Of a stretch of DNA of 44,842 nucleotides, positions 37,046-44,842 are shown piece by piece (the stretch's first letter is position 1; each line of letters starts with the position of its first letter). The position numbers were made by a program, and so were the translations under genes. This stretch comes from an uncultured Elusimicrobia bacterium (lineage in GTDB: Bacteria > Elusimicrobiota > Elusimicrobia > F11): positions 1-44,842 of the forward strand of contig CAYXDS010000002.1 of NCBI GenBank assembly GCA_964463805.1, written 5' to 3'. Under the pieces are notes generated by a model. The model was not told the origin of the DNA and searched no databases. It saw only the letters and a program-made list of their open reading frames with translations.

Positions 37046-37894
37046 TTAAGCGGTCGCGGCGGCCACTTTGGTGGCGCGGCGGTCGCGCACAATCAAACGG
37101 TTCGTCTGATGGCGCGTACGCGTCTTGTAACCTTTCGCCGGTTGATTCCACGGCGAACGGGGTTGATTGTTACCTTTCGAACGACCTCGGCCTCCGCCGT
37201 GCGGATGGTCGACCGAGTTCATCGCGGTTCCGCGAACGGTCGGACGAACGCCCATGTGACGCGAACGTCCGGCGTTGCCCCAAGAAAGATTTTCGTGTTC
37301 GAGATTGCCGACTTGACCGACGGTGGCCATCGCGTTTGACGGAATCAAACGAATTTCGCCGGACGGCAAACGGACTTGGCAGAAGTCGCGCTCTTTGGCC
37401 ATCAATTGAGCAGCGCCGCCGGCCGAACGCACGATTTGCGCGCCTTTGCCTGCGACGAGTTCGATGTTGTGAATAACGGTACCTTCGGTGATCGCCGACA
37501 ACGGAAGCGCGTTGCCGATTTTGATTTCGGCGTTCGGACCGGCCATCACTTTGTCGCCGACCTTCAGACCTTCCGGATAAACAATGTAACGCTTGTCGCC
37601 GTTCACGAAGAAAATGAGCGCGATGCGCGCGGTGCGGTTCGGATCGTACTCGATCGAAACCACGCGACCGGCGATTCCCCAATTGTCGCGTCTGAAATCA
37701 ATCAAGCGATAACGACGTTGATGACGGCCGCCGATGTGGCGAACCATGATTTGACCGGTGTTGTTGCGACCCCCGGTTTTCGACAGCGGACGAAGCAAAC
37801 GTTTTTCCGGCGCTTTCTTCGTGAGCCACGAAAAATCCTCAACGGTCATGCTGCGACGCGAGGGTGTATAAGGTTTAAAAGATTTTAATGGCAT
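37046..37894 (-). CDS. rplB: 50S ribosomal protein L2
   Basis: [22 protein letters not shown]...[17 protein letters not shown]... Confidence 0.97.
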   Translation of the reverse strand: MPLKSFKPYTPSRRSMTVEDFSWLTKKAPEKRLLRPLSKTGGRNNTGQIMVRHIGGRHQRRYRLIDFRRDNWGIAGRVVSIEYDPNRTARIALIFFVNGDKRYIVYPEGLKVGDKVMAGPNAEIKIGNALPLSAITEGTVIHNIELVAGKGAQIVRSAGGAAQLMAKERDFCQVRLPSGEIRLIPSNAMATVGQVGNLEHENLSWGNAGRSRHMGVRPTVRGTAMNSVDHPHGGGRGRSKGNNQPRSPWNQPAKGYKTRTRHQTNRLIVRDRRATKVAAATA

Positions 37895-37896
37895 GA

Positions 37897-38187
37897 TCAG
37901 GCGACCTCTTCCCAGTTAATTTTCTGGCCAGCCTTAATGTTAACGATCGCTTTTTTGCGGTCCGGTTGATATCCGCCGAGCGGGCCAACTTTGCGACGAT
38001 ATTTACCGAGCACTTTCACCGTATGCACGCTTAGCACGCTCACTTTGAAGCGCTCTTCAATCGCCGAGCGGATCTGACCTTTGCTGGCCGACGGATCCAC
38101 TTCGATCACGTAACGGTTGTTTTCGCGCAGGCGCGTCGATTTCTCGGTGACGAGAGGACGACGCAAAACGTTAAAATTCTCTGACAT
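37897..38187 (-). CDS. rplW: 50S ribosomal protein L23
   Basis: ...[43 protein letters not shown]... Confidence 0.95.
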   Translation of the reverse strand: MSENFNVLRRPLVTEKSTRLRENNRYVIEVDPSASKGQIRSAIEERFKVSVLSVHTVKVLGKYRRKVGPLGGYQPDRKKAIVNIKAGQKINWEEVA

Positions 38188-38189
38188 GA

Positions 38190-38822
38190 TTAGTTCTCTT
38201 TGTGGGCGATGCGAGCGGTCAGTTGCTCGAGGCCGGCTTTAGTAATGAACACGCGACGCGCGCGCAGGCAATCGTACGTATTGAACGAAGCAACGTCCGA
38301 CACGATCACATTCGCGATGTTGCGCGACGCGCGATTGAACTTCTCGTCGACTTTATCGACGAGAAAAATCGAATCGGTCGGCGCTTTCCACTTCGAGTAA
38401 ACGGCCGCCACGTTTTTCGTTTTTGCTTCGGAAATTTTGATCGGCTCGACCACTTGGAGACGATCGTCCTTCAACAATCCCTCCACGGCCATTTTGAACG
38501 CCAATTGTTTTTTCTTCTTCGGCAGGCTTTGCGAGTAGTCGCGGTCGACCGGACCAAAAATGATTCCGCCTTTTCTCCACAGCGGCGAACGCGTCGAACC
38601 CGAACGCGCGTTACCGGTTCCTTTTTGACGCCACGGCTTCAAACCGCCGCCCGATACCATCGAGCGCGTTTTCACCGAATGCGTACCGGAGCGAAGGCCC
38701 GCTTGGTAAGCGACGATCACTTCATGAAGCAACGCTTTCGACGCTTTATTTTGAACGAGCGCTTCGTCGAATTGGACGCTGCCCGATTCCTTTCCTGCAT
38801 TATCAATAATTTTTAGTTCCAT
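38190..38822 (-). CDS. rplD: 50S ribosomal protein L4
   Basis: ...KPWRQKGTGNARSGSTRSPLWRKGGIIFGP... Confidence 0.96.
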   Translation of the reverse strand: MELKIIDNAGKESGSVQFDEALVQNKASKALLHEVIVAYQAGLRSGTHSVKTRSMVSGGGLKPWRQKGTGNARSGSTRSPLWRKGGIIFGPVDRDYSQSLPKKKKQLAFKMAVEGLLKDDRLQVVEPIKISEAKTKNVAAVYSKWKAPTDSIFLVDKVDEKFNRASRNIANVIVSDVASFNTYDCLRARRVFITKAGLEQLTARIAHKEN

Positions 38823-38855
38823 ACAATTCCTAGTTCAACCCGTGGGATTCAGCTT

Positions 38856-39590
38856 TTATTTCTTCTTCTTGGGTTGTTGAGGTTGGGCTTTAACCACTCG
38901 GCTGGTCGGCTTCAGCACAACATAATTTCCGTTGGCGCCAGGGATGGAGCCGCGGAGCAAAATCAAATTCTTTTCGGCATCGACGTCGATGACTTCAATC
39001 TTTGGAACCGTCGACCAAATCACACCCATATGACCTGGTTTGCGCGTACCTGGAAGCACATGCTGCGGGCCTTGCGCACCGTTGGTACCCGGATGGCGAC
39101 GATACTCGCCATTACCGTGGCTGTGCGGGAGACCGGCGAAACCGTGACGCTTCATGACGCCGGCATAACCTTTACCACGAGTCGTACCGGAAACTTGTAG
39201 CCATTCACCTTTTTGGAAAACAGTCGCCGGAACCGATTGACCGATCTTAAATGGGGCGACATCTTTCACGCGAAATTCTTTGAGGATACGTTTCAACACG
39301 AGACCTTTTTTCGCCAAGTGCTGAGCTTCCGCTTTCGATAATTTCTTTTCCGAGACATCGCTGTAACCGACTTGAACAGCGTCGTAACCGTCGCTCGCTT
39401 TTGTTTTCACTTGGGTAACGATGTTGCCTTCGGTAGAAATAACGGTGACCGGAACCATACGCGTATCGTCGATGAAAACACGCGTCATGCCGATTTTCGT
39501 TCCGACAATGCCTTTCAATGGAGCCGCCTCGACCGGAGTCGCGGCGCTATCCGTTTTAACTTCGTTTTCTGCTTTAACTTCTTGGTCCAT
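38856..39590 (-). CDS. rplC: 50S ribosomal protein L3
   Basis: ...KGIVGTKIGMTRVFIDD...GKGYAGVMKRHGFAG.... The ATG at 39590 gives a 24-aa acidic/Lys-rich leader. An in-frame TTG at 39518, preceded by GAGG, would give the canonical (M)KGIVGTKIGMT start. Confidence 0.9.
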   Translation of the reverse strand: MDQEVKAENEVKTDSAATPVEAAPLKGIVGTKIGMTRVFIDDTRMVPVTVISTEGNIVTQVKTKASDGYDAVQVGYSDVSEKKLSKAEAQHLAKKGLVLKRILKEFRVKDVAPFKIGQSVPATVFQKGEWLQVSGTTRGKGYAGVMKRHGFAGLPHSHGNGEYRRHPGTNGAQGPQHVLPGTRKPGHMGVIWSTVPKIEVIDVDAEKNLILLRGSIPGANGNYVVLKPTSRVVKAQPQQPKKKK

Positions 39591-39613
39591 AAATAATTAC
39601 TCTTTAAATAAAA

Positions 39614-39961
39614 TTAAAAATCAATCCTCGGAAGTTGAATAGCGACATCAACTCCAGCAGGCAAATCAAGTTTGCGCAATTCTTCAACCGTGCGAGCGGT
39701 CGGCTCAACAATATCCACCAACCGTTTGTGAATCCGCATCTCAAATTGCTCTCGGGATTTTTTATCGGTGTGAGGGGAGCGCAGCACTGTATATTTTTTA
39801 ATCGATGTTGGCAAGAGAACAGGGCCCGACAAATTGGCGCCGGTCCGCTGCACGGTGTCCACGATTTTCGCCAACGAATCGTCAAGCATACGGTAATCGT
39901 AGGCCCTCAATTTGATGCGAATTCTCTGTGCGTCTAATGTGGTTGCTGCACGATCTGCCAT
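39614..39961 (-). CDS. rpsJ: 30S ribosomal protein S10
   Basis: ...[41 protein letters not shown]...[12 protein letters not shown]... Confidence 0.96.
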   Translation of the reverse strand: MADRAATTLDAQRIRIKLRAYDYRMLDDSLAKIVDTVQRTGANLSGPVLLPTSIKKYTVLRSPHTDKKSREQFEMRIHKRLVDIVEPTARTVEELRKLDLPAGVDVAIQLPRIDF

Positions 39962-39998
39962 TTTCGTTCTCCCATTTCCATGATCTAGATTAGTTGAT

Positions 39999-40021
39999 GG
40001 GACCGTTCCGTGACACGGTCC
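39999..40021 (-). promoter_or_regulatory. Stem-loop abutting the fusA stop codon in the fusA-rpsJ spacer (attenuator/processing-site candidate)
   Basis: GGACCGT-tccgtgac-ACGGTCC has a 7-bp GC-rich stem. No U-tract follows on the minus-strand RNA, so it is not a classical intrinsic terminator. Confidence 0.3.
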
Positions 40022-42102
40022 TACACCTTGGCCGTTGCGACAAGCTCTTCGGCGATATTTCTCGGTACTTCTTCGTAGTGGCTGGGCTCCATCGAATACG
40101 AGGCGCGGCCTTGCGACAACGAACGGATCGTGGTCGCGTAACCGAACATTTCACTCAACGGCACGAACCCGTGGATGTATTGAATCACGCCTTTGTCTTC
40201 CACTTGTTCGATGCGGCCGCGACGGCGGTTTAAGTCGCCGATCACGTCGCCCATATAATCTTTCGGCGTCACGACGTCGATGCGCATGATCGGCTCGAGC
40301 AAGAACGGACCCGCTTTTCTGCAGCCTTCTTTGAACGCCATCGAAGCGGCGATTTGAAATGCCATATCGTTCGAGTCGACTTCGTGGAAACTTCCGTCGA
40401 ACAACGTCACTTTCACGTCGACGACCGGATAACCGGCCATCACACCGGAATCCAACGCACCCAACAAACCTTTCTGAACCGACGGAATATATTCTTTCGG
40501 AATACGTCCGCCTTTGATCTTGTCGATGAACTCATAACCCTTGCCGGTTTCGTTCGGCTCAACGTTGATCCAAACGTGTCCATAGTTACCGCGTCCGCCG
40601 GACTGCTTAATGTATTTTCCTTCCTGCTCGACTTTCTTGCGGATCGTCTCGCGGTAAGCGACTTGCGGCTTACCGATGTTCGCTTCAACTTTAAACTCGC
40701 GTTTCATGCGATCGACGAGAATTTCCAAGTGCAGTTCACCCATACCGGAAATAATGGTCTGGCCCGTTTCTTGGTCGGTGCGGATTTTAAACGTCGGATC
40801 TTCTTCCGCCAAACGGCCGAGAGCGATACCAAGTTTTTCCTGGTCCGCTTGCGACTTCGGCTCGATCGCCAACGAAATAACAGGTTCCGGAAATTTCGGC
40901 GGCTCGATCACGATCGGTTTCGCTTCATCTGAAATCGTTTGACCGGTGGTCACGCCTTTAAGTCCGATCACCGCGCCGATATTGCCGGCTGTGATTTCCT
41001 GAACTTCTTCGCGTTTGTCCGCGTGCATGCGCAAGATGCGGCCGATGCGTTCACGCGTTTTCTTCGTCGCGTTGTAAACTTCGGTTCCGGCTTTTAGTTT
41101 GCCGGAGTACACGCGAACGAACGTCAGTTTTCCGACATGCGGGTCGGTTTGAATTTTGAACGCGAGCGCGGTCAACGGTTCGTTGTCCGCTTTTTTGCGC
41201 GTGACTTCTTCGCCGTTGTCCGGATCGACGCCTTTGAGAATTTCGTTTTCAACCGGCGAAGGCAAATACATGTTCACCGCGTCCAGCAACGGCTGCACGC
41301 CTTTGTTTTTGAATGACGTGCCGCACATAAACGGGAAGAAACTGCCGGTGATCGTGGCTTTCCGCATCACCTTATTGATTTCTTCGATCGTGATTTCTTT
41401 ACCTTCCAAATATTTATGCGCAAACTCATCGTCGAAGTCCGCGAGTTTTTCGATCAGCGTCTCGCGGTATTTTTTCGCATCTTCAACCATGTCTTCGGGA
41501 ATTTCAACTTCTTCGAATTTCGCGCCGAGCTCTTCTCCGCTCCACACGAGCGCCTTCATTTTGACGAGGTCCACGACGCCCTTAAACGTGGCTTCCATAC
41601 CGATCGGCAACTGGATTGGCACGGCGTTCGCGCCGAGTTTGTCGTGGATGGATTTGAGGCACATATAAAAGTCCGCGCCGAGCTTGTCCATCTTGTTTGC
41701 AAAAACGATTCGCGGGACTTTGTATTCGGTGGCTTGGCGCCAAACGGTTTCGGACTGCGGCTCAACGCCTTGTGATCCGTCGAGCAACACAACCGCGCCG
41801 TCCAATACGCGCAGCGAACGCTGCACTTCGGCCGTAAAGTCGATGTGACCGGGGGTATCGATAATGTTGTACGCGCATTCCTTCCAGTTGCAATGCGTGG
41901 CGGCCGAGGTGATCGTGATACCGCGTTCGCGCTCTTGCTCCATCCAGTCCATGACGGTGTTGCCTTCGTGAACTTCGCCGATTTTATAAATGCGGCCCGT
42001 GTAATAAAGGATGCGTTCGGTGGTGGTGGTTTTTCCGGCATCGATGTGCGCGATGATGCCGATGTTTCGGATCTTGGATTTCTCTACTTCTTTCTCTGCC
42101 AT
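40021..42102 (-). CDS. fusA: Translation elongation factor G
   Basis: [69 protein letters not shown]...[10 protein letters not shown]... Confidence 0.98.
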   Translation of the reverse strand: MAEKEVEKSKIRNIGIIAHIDAGKTTTTERILYYTGRIYKIGEVHEGNTVMDWMEQERERGITITSAATHCNWKECAYNIIDTPGHIDFTAEVQRSLRVLDGAVVLLDGSQGVEPQSETVWRQATEYKVPRIVFANKMDKLGADFYMCLKSIHDKLGANAVPIQLPIGMEATFKGVVDLVKMKALVWSGEELGAKFEEVEIPEDMVEDAKKYRETLIEKLADFDDEFAHKYLEGKEITIEEINKVMRKATITGSFFPFMCGTSFKNKGVQPLLDAVNMYLPSPVENEILKGVDPDNGEEVTRKKADNEPLTALAFKIQTDPHVGKLTFVRVYSGKLKAGTEVYNATKKTRERIGRILRMHADKREEVQEITAGNIGAVIGLKGVTTGQTISDEAKPIVIEPPKFPEPVISLAIEPKSQADQEKLGIALGRLAEEDPTFKIRTDQETGQTIISGMGELHLEILVDRMKREFKVEANIGKPQVAYRETIRKKVEQEGKYIKQSGGRGNYGHVWINVEPNETGKGYEFIDKIKGGRIPKEYIPSVQKGLLGALDSGVMAGYPVVDVKVTLFDGSFHEVDSNDMAFQIAASMAFKEGCRKAGPFLLEPIMRIDVVTPKDYMGDVIGDLNRRRGRIEQVEDKGVIQYIHGFVPLSEMFGYATTIRSLSQGRASYSMEPSHYEEVPRNIAEELVATAKV

Positions 42103-42108
42103 GATCGA

Positions 42109-42588
42109 TTACCAGCGATAGTGCGCGAACGCTTTATTCGCATCCGCCATTTTGTGCGTGTCTTCGCGCTTCTTGATCGAAAGACCCTCTTTTTTGCTCG
42201 CGGCCAAAAGTTCTTCGGCCAAACGGTCTTTCATCGGCTTGCCTGTTTTTGCGCGTGAAAAAGTAAGGATCCAGCGCATGGCCAACGCAAGGCCGCGGGC
42301 TTGGGTGACTTCGGAAGGAACTTGGTAAGTAGCTCCGCCGACGCGACGGGCTTTCACTTCAACCAACGGGCGCACGTTTTCGATCGCGCGCGTGAATACC
42401 GTAAGCGGTTCTTCACCGGATTTTTCTTTGATTCGTTCCATCGCACCATAAATGATTTTTTCGGCGGTGGTTTTCTTTCCGCCCTCAATCAGCTTGTTGA
42501 CGAGTTGTGCGATGATCGTTGATTTGTAAATCGGGTCCGGACCCGGGCCCGTTCGGCGGTCTTTGGCTTTTAAATCCTTGCGTGGCAT
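42109..42588 (-). CDS. rpsG: 30S ribosomal protein S7
   Basis: MPRKDLKAKDRR...YKSTIIAQLVNKLIEGGKKTTAEKIIYGA... Confidence 0.97.
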   Translation of the reverse strand: MPRKDLKAKDRRTGPGPDPIYKSTIIAQLVNKLIEGGKKTTAEKIIYGAMERIKEKSGEEPLTVFTRAIENVRPLVEVKARRVGGATYQVPSEVTQARGLALAMRWILTFSRAKTGKPMKDRLAEELLAASKKEGLSIKKREDTHKMADANKAFAHYRW

Positions 42589-42589
42589 G

Positions 42590-42976
42590 TTACTTGCTCT
42601 CCTTGGCTTTTGGTCTCTTCGCTCCGTACTTCGAACGGCCTTGTCTGCGGTCGGTAACGCCGGCCGAGTCCAGTACGCCTCGGATAATATGATATCGGAC
42701 GCCGGGAAGATCTTTCACGCGGCCACCCCGAATCATTACGATCGAGTGTTCTTGCAGATTGTGTCCGACGCCTGGAATATAAGCGGTTACTTCCACTCCC
42801 GTCGTCAACTTTACGCGCGCGATTTTGCGCAGCGCCGAGTTCGGTTTTTTCGGCGTGGTCGTTTTTACTTGCGTGCAAACGCCGCGGCGCTGAGGACAAT
42901 TCTCAAGCGCAGGTGATTTTGTTTTTGATCCCTGGGCTTCGCGAATACCCCGGATAAGTTGACTGGTTGTTGGCAT
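42590..42976 (-). CDS. rpsL: 30S ribosomal protein S12
   Basis: [13 protein letters not shown]....[39 protein letters not shown]... Confidence 0.98.
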   Translation of the reverse strand: MPTTSQLIRGIREAQGSKTKSPALENCPQRRGVCTQVKTTTPKKPNSALRKIARVKLTTGVEVTAYIPGVGHNLQEHSIVMIRGGRVKDLPGVRYHIIRGVLDSAGVTDRRQGRSKYGAKRPKAKESK

Positions 42977-42977
42977 G

Positions 42978-44842
42978 TTATTTCTTCTCCGCCGCTTCGA
43001 TTAGACCCCGCTCATAGAAACCGGTTCCAGCCGGGATCAGATGACCGATGATCACGTTTTCTTTAAGACCGAGCAGTTCGTCAACCGCGCCGGTCGTGGC
43101 CGCTTCGACGAGAACACGAGTGGTCTCTTGGAAGCTTGCCGCCGATATAAAGGATTCAGAAGCCAACGACGCTTTCGTGATACCGAGCAACACGGGCTGC
43201 GCTTCGGCCTGTTCGCCGCGCTTCGCCGCTTTGTTCAGCGCAACGAACCGCGTGCGCGGCACGATTTCACCGGCAAGCAAGTCGGTCGAGCCGGACTTCG
43301 TGATTGCCACGTTCGACAACATGCGGCGCACGATGATCTCGATGTGCTTGTCGTTGATGATAACGCCTTGCAGGCGGTACACTTCTTGGATCTCGTTCAC
43401 GAGGAACTCTTGCACTTCCTTCGCGCCTTTGACCTTCAAGATGTCGTGCGGGTTCACCGCGCCGTCGACGATCGGCTCTCCGACGCCCACGCGGTCGCCT
43501 TCGTACACGACCAAGTGTTTGCCTTGCGGCACGTTGTAGTCGCGTTGGAGACCGGTGTCTTCGTTGGTCACGATGACTTTGAGGCCGCCCTTCGGGGTCG
43601 ACGCCAATTTCACGGTACCTTCGATTTCCGAGATCACGGACGGATTCTTCGGCTTACGCGCTTCGAACAATTCGGCAACGCGCGGAAGACCGCCGGTGAT
43701 GTCTTTGGACTTTGAAATTTCTTGCGGAATCTTGGCCACGATGTCGCCCTGGCGCACTTTGTCGCCGTCTTGAACAACGAGGTTTGTGTCGACCGGCAGC
43801 GGATACGTCGCGACCGCTTTACCGGACTTGCCGATGATGACCACTTGCGGGTGCAGCGCCTCAACGCGGTGCTCGATGATCTTGCGTTCGATCAAGCCCG
43901 TGATGCGGTTCTTTTCTTCGTGCAGCGTTACACCTTCGGTCACGTCCTCGAGCTTCACCGTTCCTTCTTCTTCGGTGATGATCGGCAGCGAGTATGGATC
44001 CCACTCGACGAGCAGGTCTCCTTTTTCGATCGCCTTATTGTCGGACACTTTCACACGCGCACCGTATGGAACTTCATAATGCGAACGCTCTTTGCCGCCG
44101 GTTTCCCGAATCGACAAGAAGCCGTTGCGTGATACGCACACTTCTTGACCTTCGCGGTTCGTCAACGTGCGCACGCCGTGGAATTTCACGGAGCCGCTTT
44201 CTTTCGCCAGTACTTGAGATTTTTGAATAACGCGGCTCGCCGTACCACCGATGTGGAACGTACGCAACGTCAACTGCGTGCCGGGTTCGCCGATCGACTG
44301 CGCGGCGATGATGCCGACCGCTTCGCCGACTTCGACCATACGGCCGGTGGCGAGGTTGAGTCCGTAGCACTTTGCGCAAACGCCGTGCTTCGCTTCGCAG
44401 GTGAGGATCGAGCGGATGCGCAGACGGTCGATGCCGGATTTCGTTAATTTTTTCGACTGCTCGTCGGAAAGCATTTCGTTCGACTTCACGATCACTTCGT
44501 CGGTCAACGGATCGACGATGTTGTCGAGCGTCACGCGGCCCACCACGCGCTCTTCGAGCATTTCGATCACGTCTTCGCCCGACTGCAACGTTCCGACGGA
44601 AATGCCGTTGATGGTTTTGCAATCTTCTTCGGTGACCACGATGTCGTGAGCCACGTCGACCAAACGACGGGTCAGGTAACCGGCGTCCGCTGTTTTAAGA
44701 GCGGTGTCGGCCAAACCTTTACGGCCTCCGTGCGTCGAGATGAAGTACTCGAGCACCGACAGGCCTTCGCGGAAGTTCGCGGTGATCGGGTTTTCGATAA
44801 TTTCACCGTCGGCACCGGTCCGTTTCTTCTGCGGTTTCTGCT
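42978..44842 (-). CDS. rpoC: DNA-directed RNA polymerase subunit beta' (C-terminal ~620 codons; gene continues past the right window edge)
   Basis: The frame is open to nt 44842: ...[51 protein letters not shown].... The track ORF starts at an internal Met (44756). The stop lies 1 nt before the rpsL start. Confidence 0.95.
   Translation of the reverse strand, partial: QKPQKKRTGADGEIIENPITANFREGLSVLEYFISTHGGRKGLADTALKTADAGYLTRRLVDVAHDIVVTEEDCKTINGISVGTLQSGEDVIEMLEERVVGRVTLDNIVDPLTDEVIVKSNEMLSDEQSKKLTKSGIDRLRIRSILTCEAKHGVCAKCYGLNLATGRMVEVGEAVGIIAAQSIGEPGTQLTLRTFHIGGTASRVIQKSQVLAKESGSVKFHGVRTLTNREGQEVCVSRNGFLSIRETGGKERSHYEVPYGARVKVSDNKAIEKGDLLVEWDPYSLPIITEEEGTVKLEDVTEGVTLHEEKNRITGLIERKIIEHRVEALHPQVVIIGKSGKAVATYPLPVDTNLVVQDGDKVRQGDIVAKIPQEISKSKDITGGLPRVAELFEARKPKNPSVISEIEGTVKLASTPKGGLKVIVTNEDTGLQRDYNVPQGKHLVVYEGDRVGVGEPIVDGAVNPHDILKVKGAKEVQEFLVNEIQEVYRLQGVIINDKHIEIIVRRMLSNVAITKSGSTDLLAGEIVPRTRFVALNKAAKRGEQAEAQPVLLGITKASLASESFISAASFQETTRVLVEAATTGAVDELLGLKENVIIGHLIPAGTGFYERGLIEAAEKK

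Overview
All convincing genes in this GC-rich 44.8-kb window are on the minus strand. No tRNA, rRNA, CRISPR array, transposase or integrase was recognised. Domain and family calls come from reading motifs in the translations; no HMM or BLAST search was run.

Right ~29 kb (16044-44842) is a co-directional housekeeping block:
- rpoC (3' part, runs off the right edge), rpsL, rpsG, fusA. No tuf follows fusA.
- The S10-spc-alpha ribosomal cluster from rpsJ to rplQ, including secY-adk-map-infA-rpmJ. No rpmD (L30) is present.
- mreB, mreC, mreD, a 403-nt hairpin-dense spacer, mrdA, rodA, a DUF2344-type protein, then an RNase E/G-family gene.

Left ~16 kb is the accessory part:
- One 15.2-kb gene (712-15921) encodes a 5069-aa secreted mosaic protein. 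It has a signal peptide, four Cys-bracketed FG-GAP/VCBS propeller + Ig-like supermodules and about 20 PKD-like repeats (~300-nt tandem units). It also has two cadherin-like doublets, an orphan ~363-aa central domain and a T9SS-type C-terminal sorting domain.
- Immediately downstream is a PorV/PorQ-like outer-membrane barrel gene (1-613). It is absent from the ORF track because it runs off the left edge.
- Both genes lack a Shine-Dalgarno sequence. Both carry the same position-conserved AT-rich upstream module with paired palindromes (CCTTAAGG, CTTAAG) and TTTATCTTTGTTAC-ATG.

A ~69-nt nested-palindromic REP/MITE-like element occurs four times, in both orientations, in intergenic gaps of the housekeeping block.
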